A stretch of 58,653 nucleotides of DNA, counting the filler, from Catajapyx aquilonaris (lineage: Eukaryota): the NCBI GenBank assembly GCA_000934665.2. It is 2 parts of 2 records of this genome, joined end to end, with 100 filler letters (N's around TTAATTAATTAA, not from the genome) between each part and the next. Parts side by side here need not be neighbours in the genome. Positions count along the whole stretch, not along the records: positions 29,378 to 58,653 come from JYFJ02004820.1; 1 more part is not named here. One strand, given 5' to 3'. Shown here one piece after another: positions 41,901 through 54,600 of this stretch. The notes under the pieces are model-generated. The model ran no database searches. It was not told where the DNA came from and worked only from the letters and a program-made list of their open reading frames with translations. Numbering within the stretch: position 1 is the first letter of the stretch; each line of letters starts with the position of its first letter. The position numbers and the translations under genes are program-made.

Positions 41901-43922
41901 ACTACAAACACAAAAAATTCTATCGTTCACCTACATTTCGCTTCATGTGATTCCTTTTCATTTTCATTATTTTTGTTTATTATTTTATAATATTAGTCAT
42001 GAATGGCCAAAAATGGCACTCTTATTATAACAGTCCTGATTCCATTGTTCCATGAAATTTTCCTTCAAGCTTAAATGCAGATGACTAAACCGTATATAAG
42101 TAAGGAAAACACTGCTGCTTTCTCTACAAACATCTCCACGCCATCACTTATTAATGCGGTGTTTTCTGCCGCACCAGCATGGCTCGAGGGTTAGTGGCAG
42201 AAGAAGAAAAAAATACGTCGTCTCAACTGAAGAGTCCTTTTAAGAACACCCCATAAATACTTTGATAGTCTTGGAAAACGACTATGAGGACGTTCGTGTT
42301 TTTACTCAGCGCTTTTTATCCCTCGGGCAGATCAAGAACACCAAATTCTATATTATGATCGAAGCACCTGAATTTGAAGAGACATTTCCGGAAATAATTT
42401 TGACAAAATGTAATTAACATAAAGTGCATATAATTTGATAGCAATATCTTGTTTCACCTTGGGAAAAATCTAGACTAGCAGTAAACTCTCCCTAAGCTAT
42501 TTCAACACCTGACTAATAGCAATGTCTCTCGCAATATTAAATTGAAACGTCAAGAAGAAGAAGTCTTGTCACCAAAGTCAAGCTCAGCTAAAACCCTCGG
42601 TTGGTTTCTATTTGACGAAGCCTGTGACAACAGAAAACGTAAACACTCTTCGCCCACGGAAAAAGTCCAATTTCGACGATGGAAAAAAAAGCCACTGAAT
42701 AGCCGTCGCCCTGAAGGTGCTACATACTTTACTTATCCACACTGATAAAAGATATTGTCGATTCTGAGTACTGTCACGCTTCAAACTACTTAAAAATTTG
42801 GAGCATCAAAATTCTGAAAACATTTCCTTTCTACTCATCCAATCTTGACACGTCTTTTTCTCGCCAAATATTGATCAAGTGGTCTGATGCCCCAGTAAAT
42901 TGAGAATGAAAAGTACGAAATCCGGACCAAAATTGGCGGGGATTACTGTACGGCCTATTTACACTCAGCGTTTTATATCCCCATGACAATGACGTATTTT
43001 TTTCCTTCAAGAAATGGAGCATCCTTATCTAGCCCAACGACCTCCGGATATTGTCTCCCGTTTTTTTTTCTAGAAAATGGATCGATTTCCGATTATACTT
43101 TTGGTTGGATTTTCTGCCGAGAACTTCTAACAGCTTCGTTCCTGCCATCTGATGCACGTTGCTGGAACTCCGGAAGCGGGTGTGAACATGGTCGTTTTGG
43201 CAAAAGATGTCTCGCTCTATTGTAGGCGATGCTGTCTCAAAATAGAGCTGAACTATTCAGCATAAATCTTGCAGCATGATCATTATTTTTATCACGAACG
43301 TTTGGGCTCAGCAGTCTATGTATAGCAAGCACAACATGAAAAATATTATCAGACAAGTATGCTCAAATGTTAAGCAACAAATTAGCAGATCAAAATAAAT
43401 TGGTTTTTGTGATAGAAGTGGAAACAGGCCTTTAATTTATACTGTTTTAAAAATTTAATACCACGAATCAGTGAGATTACATAATTTTCTGACACACACT
43501 TTGAAAAGAGCTTATCACGTAACAATGACGTCAATGGCAAACCCGTCACAAAATTGAAGACCCGATGTTTATTAGATCAGTCGACAGCACGCCGATCATT
43601 ATTATCAACAAATCACGTAACCCATTTTGCACCATCTGCATCTCATGAACCTGTCATTACTCATCCATTATGTTTGCATTAATCCGGCTTCCTCTTAACA
43701 AATTAACATTGTCCTTTTTTTTTTGCAAATCTGCGCAAACTAGTAGTGAAGCCCAGCTCTCTCCCGACTTGGACGTAGTACTATGTGCCACAACCATATG
43801 GCGCGCAACCTCCCTCACGTGGTGACTATGGTACAAAGGGACAGATTCACGTATAGCCAATTCTATTCGTTTTCCTTGGTAAAAGGTTCCCAAACTTTCC
43901 CACTATATTTTTGAACTCTCAG

Positions 43923-44248
43923 GCCATGACCCCACCATCTGACCAAACAATGAACTGTTGAATCGACGTGTTTGGCTCCAACTCGTGCTTCTCTTCGTCG
44001 CCACCAGACGCTCCCAATGTCGGTGGCATAGAAAACCACCCCTCTCTCTACTCCCCCCATCTAAAATGCTATTGATTCCGTCTCTCTTGTGCCATCTGGG
44101 GGAGCTGGTGTTTCCCCCCAGTCCTCTGCCAGTACCGGATCCGAGACCAGGATCTGCACACCGGAGGACCATATACATACACACCATGGAGGCTGTCGTG
44201 AGGACCAGACCTAAGAGGACGTTGCCCCCTGATTGACTTCAGAAGCCG
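43923..44248 (+). other. Candidate non-coding 5'UTR exon of Syt12
   Basis: Acceptor-like ...TTTTTGAACTCTCAG ends at 43922, and a strong CCG|GTAAGT donor follows 44248. GC content is higher than the flanks. The next acceptor, at 48643, precedes the Syt12 ATG by 5 nt. Confidence 0.5.
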
Positions 44249-47200
44249 GTAAGTGTCTCAAATATTTTTGGGGATTTAAAAAATATGTATATTTGGTAGG
44301 ATTTTTTTGGCAGCTTGCCCGGCGGTGTGAAGGTCCTCAGGATCGATGAACTGTAAATGTCGCATGGCACAATGCACCATCTCCCCCCCCCCCCCCCTTT
44401 CCTTCTGGATTGCGGTAGGTTGTGGTTATGTCTTAGTGCAGAAGATGTTGATGTGAAAATTTTTGATTCAAATCGAGATCTGATAGGAAGTTGTCAAGGC
44501 GATGGAAGTGTTGTAGGCTGTGTCTTTGATATAGGATAATAATTACGAGTAGGCTAATTACCACTAATTTTCATACAGTAATAACTGAGAGAGTATGAAA
44601 CGTGTTAATCCCAGTTTGTTACTGGAACATGCTGCCAATGGCTAGAAATATCATGCAGTAAGCTGATTACTGTTAATCAGTTACTGCTAAGGATTGAAAT
44701 ATTACCTCTTACTATTAGGTGCTGTAACAGATTAATTCAACATATAAATTCATTACAATTTCTAGTCCAGATCGACGATTATTCAGCATAATATATGTAT
44801 TACAGACAAAATCCAACATTTCCATAGTCAAGAGGTAGACCCAAGTCAAATAATTAAAATATAGGCACAATATTACTCATATTAATAAGACAATTGCATT
44901 TACAGATCTTGATAACTTCCAAAAGTAATTATTACTCTTGGGAGTTATCAATAAGATATTAGCTGTAAATGTCATTGTCTTTTATTACATTATTTATTAA
45001 TTATAGCATACGAAGCTGTTTATTATTAAACAATTATTGCTAAATAATAAACCGCTTAGTGGAAAAACTTCGAACTATTGCAATAATATGCAATCTCTTT
45101 CGTGATTGATCCTAGAGAAGGCAGCCCTATATGCTGTAGCAACCAATCTTCTGAAGCAATAATTGAGGTCTAGAAAGATGCCAGAAATACCACAAATTGC
45201 GAATCGGGTTACAATAACATGTCAGAATCATTTTTGCCCAACTGCGACCATCGATTCAGGTCCAGGCGAATTATTTTTAGCAGTTATATAGGCTTTCGCA
45301 AATTGCTTGCCTCCACTTCCCTTCCTATGGAAGTACCCCCCTGCTGTTATATGAAGGGCCCTCAAGAGAGGAACCTCTGGGACTATATCTGGGCCATGTA
45401 TATAGGTAGGATAACAAGATCTTCAATATCCGGGGCCGGAAGTGGGAGGCGTAAATATTGCTTCCTCCAACGTCTGCCGGACGCGACGGAGGTTGGCCAG
45501 AAATCGGGGTCAAAATAGATTTTTTCCCCCTCTTTTTTTTTTTTGAGGGTTGGTCGGAGTCTCTCGGATGCTGCGCCAATCTGCCATTGGAGATGACAGG
45601 TTCTAGTCAATATTCAAATCTTTTTCGATTCGAGGACACGTCTGTCTGTGCTCCATATGGGTGTTACAGTGTTCAAGCCCTTATTGTCGATGGATTTTAT
45701 AATGCAATGCAGTGCCCAGATTCACATATTGAACTAAATTCATGGGAGAAAATATTATTTTTTTATCTCCAATTACTTCTGAAAACCTGGAGTGCATAAT
45801 TTTATTCAATTCCCAGCTTAAACCTGTGACAGGTGCATAATATTTCCATTTATTCATCTTAATGCATTTTTTGATTCACATAACTGTGTGTTCATTATTA
45901 AATTCACATAGAGTGCTAATTTTAAAATGCGCTCATTGCAGAAGTTATATACGAGATATGGAAAAATTAATAAAATGAAATATTATTCACCTATCACAGT
46001 TTTAGGTGGTCAATAGTGCATAAAATAATACACGCCAGGTTTTAAGTGTTTAAAAGCATGTTTCCATCCCAGAAAATTTGAGTTTTATTGTTTAATCACT
46101 AGTATGTTTAAATTATAGGTGTGTGGATCATGACAGGAGAATATTAATCAATCTTCCGCAGATTTTGAGTTCATTCACACCATAACCTGAAATAAAATTG
46201 CAGCTGAACCGCATAATCTGGGTTATGCAGCATGTGTCTGAACAATTTACGGTCGCGATTACATTAACCCAAAATCAAAACGAGGCATTGTTTGAACTAC
46301 ATTCAAAATTATACATGCACGTTACATCCTGTTGGGCCATATTACAAACTAATTTTAATTTTTTTAAATTATCGATTCGCTATCTGCCATTTAATATTAG
46401 CATACAACTCACTGCGTAAAGTAGCTTGTGACGCAGACTCGCATGTTATATATACTGTATAAGGATTGCTTGTAAAATGCTAATGTGCACTTTACCTCTC
46501 ATGTGAAGTATAGCTCACGTCCTGCTATACACCTGATGCTGAGAATTTAATCCCACCCTCCATGTAACATCCTTCAAAGCAGCTCCTTCTTGTGGGATGT
46601 AAGGCGATAATACAGTTGCCATGGAGTAAAGTACGTTACGAAGGTCCTCAGCCAGAACTAACTTTTCCCCGATAACGAGACATTTGAGGCAGTTCGGATT
46701 GTCTCACTTTTCATGCTGAGGTCTTACATTGTCGGTTACTCCCTTTGGAGTCCAAGTTAACGTCGAGATAACGAGGATGAAATTTCCAATCTGATGCAGG
46801 AGAGGTCAATTAGCAAAGTGCAATGGACCAAGTTGACTATTCTATAGCTTGTTAAATGCATGTTTTAGTACAAGCAATAGCTCCAGCAGTAACCGGTCGT
46901 AATTTTGTTGATTATATCAGACTGTTCATATTTAAAAATTTCCTTGACTTGGAAAGTACGTAAAGTCGCAAGGATTCATTCACCTTAGCACTACAGTACT
47001 GCAACCTACGATACATTAAACAATAATTACGGCAATGCAACATTAAAACAGGCCAATCGGAGAAGATGAAAGCGTATAGTATATGTGCAGTACATTTCAT
47101 GGCAAAATACACCGCGAAATAAATATTCCAAATTGGATGAACAATGTTTATGGAATAACGTGAGACGCATAAATATGCCATTAAAGTCAGGAAAGAAAAA

Positions 47201-48648
47201 CATTCATTGCCTCTTACTTAAGAATGTATGACCAAGCCTTACAGTCTTACAATGCATGCGCCTATAGTTTATAACCTGAACGTTCCGGATATCTGACCAT
47301 CAATCAATCGTTACTCTACTAATAAATATATTGGAGAAGCATACATTACATAATATTGACTGGACATATAGTAACTACTTATTTTTCTGCATATATGTAC
47401 ACAAACAAGCTGCTTTGTGTCAGTGCTGTTTATCCGTCCACATTCACTAATTCGGATACATTTTAAAATCCTCTAATTAGCCCTCGACACTAATGAGTTT
47501 GTGAAAAGCAAACATGAATAGCACCTGATATGATTCATGAATTTTAAAACCAGATATTCTTTCCAGTCTGACACGACCTTTTACGTTCCTATAATAAGCC
47601 ACGTGCTGCACTTCTTTGTATAAAAATGTTCCACCTCCAGGGAATTCACTTTGAGCAAAAAGAATTGCCCCCCCCCCCCCCCANCCCCCCATTTTTTTCT
47701 TTTCTTTTGAAAAAAATTTCACTCGGAAAAAAGGATGTCGAGAGAAAAGGTAGATGCCCCCAAAGGATCTAAGTAGTTGTGAAGGAGGGGGGAGGTGCCC
47801 TGAGCAAAGTTATCGGCGAGATCAAAGTCACGGGCAGACCTTAGATGAAAGGTGTGCTACATTATCGACCCAACTCCCTAAAACTCTCTGGGAAGCTCAG
47901 CTAGCCCCCATGCTCTTTTCCCTCCTCCCCCCAACCCCTGGCAGAGAACCCCGCTTTGTCTCTCGGATTTAAGCCCGACATTGAAACAATGCGCGGATTA
48001 CGAATGCGAGGTGGGGGTAATTTGGAATGGTGTATGTGGATGGATGTACGCCTGTCGCCAGCTCAGCAAATATTGCAACTCGTTGCAATCCACACGATTT
48101 TTTGTGTTGGCTAGAAAAATTATTGAAAAATGTCTGGCTCCAAAATTGGCTAGGAGCAACTTTGTACCTATACACTGACTTATCACCAACGTGCATGTAG
48201 TTACCATCGTAACCGTGGAGTGGCAGTACTGTACAGAGAGGGAGGATGCGCGCCATCTGGGCAGTGTTGCCAAATTTTAGAACTTAAAGAATAGGATCGA
48301 AATCACTTTTCCCATGCTAGTTGACAACATGGTGGACCATATTGGTTGCATATCTTCCAGGACAAGTTCGCCTGCTAAAAGGCACACTCCCAGGAGAAAG
48401 CCCACACCCCTCCAATTTAATTCATTCAACCTCCTCCACTCCACCCATCCCAACCATCCACTCTTCCTAATGGAAGGTCTCCGAAATTCAGTCGACGCCG
48501 CTTCCTATAAATCGTCTCCATCCTTTTCACCAAGAAATTCCATTTCCTGTTACTCCAGACCCCCTCCTCACCTTCCAGCTTCCTTGATGAAGCCTGTTGC
48601 GTCCAGCTGGAACTTTGATTTCTGACCCTCTTTTTTCTTCAAGGCGAG

Positions 48649-51600
48649 ATGACTGCCGCTAAGGTGCTGGTCACCCTGGTGGGTGTGGTGGTCATCGTGG
48701 CCTTGATCTTCCTGGCCGTCTGTCGCTACCTGGGCCTATGGCACTGGGTCGTGGCCTGGCTTTCTTCCAGCAAAGAGGAAAAGGTTGGATTGACTCGTGG
48801 TAAAGGACACTACAACGCCAATGGATATCTGGTTAGTACCCATCAAAATAATGCAGTTGTTTCTTAACCTAACATTTAAACACTTTGGTGAAAATATTCT
48901 CATACATTGCGATTTTAATTTTAATTTTGCAATTTTCACATTTTGATTTCCATTTGCCGAATTATTGTTGACCAGCTCTGGGCTACTTCGAGTAATTTGC
49001 TGCCGATTTTTGCATAATTACGGATTAGATTTCTCCTAGATACCTAGAGTGTAAACATGCACTAATTGACCCATTACGTGGGTACACTGTTGAAAAGAGC
49101 CTCACTTGAGTTACATGCATGGAAACGATCTGGATCGCATTACAAAACGCTCATATCATCGTTCTTTAATTAAGGAGGGCAATTAATCTTTTTTTTTGAA
49201 AAAAATCTGCACGATATTTACATAATTACAGGCCATACTTTGCACTGTATGATCCACATTCAGCAACTGACAGAGAAAAAATTTTAACGTCAGAATCTTT
49301 ATAGGTTAAAGTCAGACAAATAATTCAGGTGCATGCCCTCATCATAAAGTCAGAACTGTTAGGAAGGTATGTTCAAAAGGTAGCGTGCACTTTTGTCATT
49401 TCCGTCGTTTATATTAATAACGCGCGTGATACAAGAACTTCATCACTATATAAGCCAACTCTTGCCCATAGTTTCGCGATTATAATCCATCCGGAAATAG
49501 TTGCGCACAGGTAATTTCATACATGGACAACCTGGAGTTAACGATCTTGCGCATGAAATATCTCGGCACAACGAATCATCCTCCAGGGATTATGAAGCGG
49601 AAAAAAAAAATCCATTTGCATCAGCAGGAGCCGATTTCAAAAATTCATGCCATATTTCCTTTTCGTCTGAGATATTTGTTTCTATAGTCGCACGTTTAGT
49701 CGGAAGCTTGTAATTATTACGATTCAACATTAGTGCACAGCTTGCGGCCCTCATCAAAAGGCTTTCACTTTAAATATGCCATTTCCGGAGCTCTGGTACG
49801 GCGGTTTGGCGGGTTGGCAATATATTTTGCGGTTTGCGCTAATGCAGCTCCGGTTTGACGCTTCTTTACTTGTAATAACCCTATAGTAAATGATGCAGTG
49901 TCTTTACGCCGCCACCGAAATATTGCAGCTTCGCAATTAAATACTCCAGCACAGATTCAACGTCCTTAATGATCAACGACACCTCACAATAGACTCCGGT
50001 GTCAATTAAAAGCGGCGTTAGTATTCAGCGTGAAGGATCGCTTCGTAATTGCGATAACTGCACGTACACTGCAAAGTTGTTCACTTTGCATCGTCCGTAA
50101 TTTAAATCCAAACGGGAAGGGGGGGGGGGGGGCTTTTCAATTAGGCGGACGCAGCAGGCAANGGGAGAAGCATGTTACAGTAATGCCGGGTATTATGTAT
50201 CCGTGCGGCCTATTATGCACTATATTCGGCAGTTTGTAGCACGCAAAAGGCGGCCACATGACCGTGAATGGATCCTCGCACGCAGATGTGTAATAATCAG
50301 AATTGGCGTCTGTGCCTCTGGTTGTCCACGTAGTACCTCGCACGGCCGGAGAGTGGCAGTAGTGTACATAGAGGGTGATGCGACATCAATGTAGGGAATA
50401 TGGTAGTATTATTACGCTGGTGTTTTACAGGTGTCATCAGACTCGGATATTCATCTGTCGACCCGGACAGGTAGCTTCAAGCACCTGGATCCGGTGGATC
50501 GAGACTTCCGGGTGTTGAACGAGACCACGGTGAACCTAGGAGGGTCAGGGTTCGGACTGACCTCGATCCCTGCTGCCCCTGTAGTGGCTCCATGTCCTCC
50601 ACCCCCGCAACCTGAGGCTGCATCAGGGGAAGAGTTTCCGCCCCAGCCGCTTCGACTTGCCCCTGCTCCTCCTCCCATGCCCGTTGCCCCTGCCCCTGCC
50701 CCTGCTCTTCCACCAGTGGCGGCCCCTGTGGCCCCCATGTCCGCCCCTGCCCCAATCGCGGCCTTCACATCCGGACCATTCAACCCACCTCCGCAGCCCA
50801 CACACCCGACCAACCCCTTCTTGCCCGCGGTCCAGCCCCAGCCCCAGCCCCAGCCCCAGCCCCAGCCCCAGCCCCAGCCCCAGGTACCTTTACTGCCCCC
50901 GCCCCCGCCCGTGATCCACCCAGTGATCCAGCATCCTCCACTCCTGCTGACCTTTGCCCCTCAGCAGAGACCTCCTCCAGTCCAGTCCCAATGGTCAGTG
51001 GAGAGTGTGGAAGTGGGTGACCTGGGCAGCCCTGACCACCTGCCCCCGACCCTGCACCGGGCCATGTCATGCGACTCTGTCAGTTCGGACACCTCAGTCG
51101 TGCTGGCTGACCTCGAAGACTTTTCGCAGCAGCATATCACCGGACATCTCTGCGTTGGACTCGAGTATGACAGGTAGGAAGAAATAAGATTGACAAGAGC
51201 GTGATTCGAGTAGACTTTTTTTCTCATTGGGCAGTCGGAAATGAGGCTGACAACTTTGTTAAAATTGTTAGAGATTTGCGACCGATGCGAAACAATACGA
51301 TTATAATAGGACAACAATGACATTGTCACTTTCAGAAAACCGGAAGTTGGCCACGAAACCTATTTACGGTCTGCTGAATCCGAATCCGGAAACCGTTTGT
51401 TGCTATCTCTTTCTGTTTAGGTCCTGATACCTGTCCACGGACAGACAGACAGACAAGAGCCGTTCTATGGCGCTTTTTTGAAGAAAAAGTCTAATATAGA
51501 AGGTGGCATTAAAGGATCAGAGTGTGTAATTAGCTCCATTTTTTTATCACACACATGTGAATTTCCCATCAGTCAATTAGGGTCAGGCAAGGTCAACATT

Positions 51601-54600
51601 GCGGACACGAGCACACTTGTCAAACCCTCCACACACACAAAAATCGACGACCAAACCCGAGGGGCGTCTGGTGTGCGACGCTTCAATTACTGCATATAAA
51701 ACGAAATGAGATCATGAAGTGCGGCGGGGCGTAAATAATGTAACATGGTGGTCAATAACCATATTCTCAAGTGAGGCTTATCATGACCTCACACAGTAAT
51801 AACTCAGCTCTGTAATGTTGCAGGTCACGAGCCGGACAAACATTTTTCGTCGAGATTGAGAACCGAATTCGCACGTTTCTCACCTCATATATATTAAACA
51901 GAAATGGCCTGATTATACGACCAGAAATGGCTTTTTTTACCAAAAAAAAGAGGACCGGACCGTCTCCCTTTCCACATCTTTTATTTACCATTGCTAACGT
52001 GCATTCCATCAAACGCATGCCATTGCCACATGCCAAATAAATCTGCAAGAAATCGCTGCCCCTTCCGCATTATAGTAGTATAGGCACCGAATTATTAAAA
52101 TCGGCTCGAAAATTTCGGGTTTTCATCTTGTAGCTTGTAGATTGAAAAACAGGGGACGAAATGGTAAAACTTCAGAGCACTTTCATCCTAATTTACATGT
52201 AAATAGAATGCTCTGAAGTAATGACTCTTTAGTACCATGACTATATTAGACGCTCACTTACTCTCACATTATCATGGTGAATAGTTGAATAAGCGCACCC
52301 ATTCACACTGTTTGGAAGGTTGAAAGTTGCTGGTTAGACATTTCATAGCTTTTATGGGGAGGTGTAGTGGCGCTGCGGTAACGCACGTGCCCACGGATAT
52401 TAAGGTCCCGGGTTCGATCTCCACCTGGGGTTCCCACCTATCCGTGCAGAGTTGGGCCATCTCTGGCTTCATTTCGGGTGGCAATTTCCGACAGATTAAG
52501 CCACCCGGGGGAGCTCACAAAATGACCGTTAGAGACATTGCACTTGCACTTTGCACTTCCCCTCCCACCTACCCTGGAGTAATTAATTAAGATCTTCTTA
52601 TACGGCTCCAATTTCCGATGGTGGTAATCCACCCCCTAAAGGATATGGTAAATCCTAATGGGGTAATGAAATTTTTTATAGCTTTTATAATAATTATGTT
52701 ATTTAATTACGAACATACATTGACTAAAACAAACTGTAAGATCAGGGCTATATGCAACACTGTCACGATAATACAATAGCTGTAGCGCGTAAAATCGAGA
52801 ATTATTTCCAGGACTTTCCGACAGTTTTTGTAGGATTTCATGCGTTCAATAATTTCAATCCTTACAACTTGACCAGTTTGGCATAACTGCTCCAAAAAAA
52901 AATCCATTTCTGAATCGGACTCCGGTGTCTAGCATTTATATCGGTCTTCCGCGTTTCTGGTCAGATAAAGTCAAATTACGAAGCCTCACCGACCCAAAAC
53001 CAATCTCTTTTGCTCAGAGACGAATTTTCTTTCTTTTTTTGTCTCCCCCTCTCCCTCCTTCTCTCCCTCCCGCCTACCTCCCCAGCCTGTAAACTACTTT
53101 TGACTCGAAAGACGTATTTCCCCTGAGGAATTCGTTCTCCTCCGGATTGCCCTAGATCGCTTCTATTCTTCCCCTGCTAGTCTCATCCTAATGAATCTCA
53201 TCCAACATGGTCGCACTGTGACTAAATTGAATTGCTTCGTGACTCCCGGAGACAAACCCGGTCTAGATCCGGCCCACTTGTAATATTGTTGCCAGCAAAA
53301 ATAATTTAAGAAAAATTGTGGCCATATCCTGACTATTCAGAGCTACACATGCGCCTTCCATGCTTAACAGGTTGTCGAACTGCCAGGATAAGCTCATTTT
53401 TCTAACTTTGTGGCCCGGTTGCTGGCAAAAACCAGTAATTAAACAGTATAATTAATTAATTAATTGAAATCTTACATATAAAGGGGAAAGTTTGTCGGTT
53501 TGTCCCATTGGTACCGGATGTTACAGATTACCAAGGAAACAGGCTGTGCGAAAAATCGTTCGTTGTTTGTATCAGCCTTCTGATTGGTCCGCCGCATGTT
53601 GTTACCGCGACACTTCCGATTGGATCCTTCACACAACAATCTGAGTCAACAGTGTCACAGCTCTGTTTACTTATATTGTTGAGGTCACTTCCATTGAAAC
53701 TTGAACAGTGGGAGGTTCCAGAAGTGCATTGTATGATGTCCTTCGGGACGACAATTAACAATATGTCTTCCACCACCACAGGCCGCAGGCCTAGAAAAAA
53801 AAGCGCGTGGAGCGAGTTTTTAAAAGTATATCAATGGAAATTCTTTCCTAGATATTGGGCAGTTCACCACCTTGTGTACTGTACTATCGGGTTCAAATAC
53901 TTTTGGCCTCTTTATCCTGGTCTTGAAGCAACCCTTCGCACAGACCCCACGTTAAGGAGGTGTGTGTGTGTGTCTGAAGGGTTGCTTCATGACGAGGATA
54001 AAGTGGCCAAAAGTATTTGAACCCTATAGTACTTGTGTATAATAAAATCATGCAATTGGCTTATACTGTGTCCGAGATATCATCTGTGCCTGAGTGCCAT
54101 GCATGTTCACGGCTCGATTTTTCAAACCTCTGGTTTTAAGTGCTTTATGGCCAATTTCTGGTCCCTCATTCATCAAGAGTGGCGGTTCATTTACTGGCAA
54201 GTTTTTTTGGAGAGTGGACTTTGCTAAGGTCTTGGCGGGTCAATGTGGAGGGTTTTGTGGTGTATGGACTTGTCGGGGAAGGTTACATACAAATGGCGGC
54301 CTCATTTTCCTCCCCAGCGAAGCGGCGGATTTGGTCGTCAGCGTGTTGGAAGGCAAGGACTTGGTTGGTCCAGACCCAGAGGTCATCATAGACACGTACG
54401 TCAGAGTCTATCTGCTGCCTGACAAGACCACCAACATGCAGACCAGGGTGAGTTCAATTTCCGGTACTTTGATCTGTGTTCGGCTGAATAATATTTTTCT
54501 CTAAAGCCCGCATGATTAAATTTCAGGTGTACAAAAAGGCAAACAACCCAGTGTACAAAGAAAAGTTTCTGTTCGCACTGGAGCCGAACGAGTTCTCGAA

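Noticed and set aside
29378..48600. Many 60-130 aa ORFs and possible conserved miRNAs in the gene-poor stretch
   Set aside because: The ORFs are AT-rich with no domains or exon chains. A by-eye scan for common arthropod mature miRNAs found no full match, but a real search is still needed.
50451..51070. Gly/Ala-rich antisense ORFs resembling silk or structural proteins
   Set aside because: They are the reverse complement of the Pro-rich Syt12 exon.
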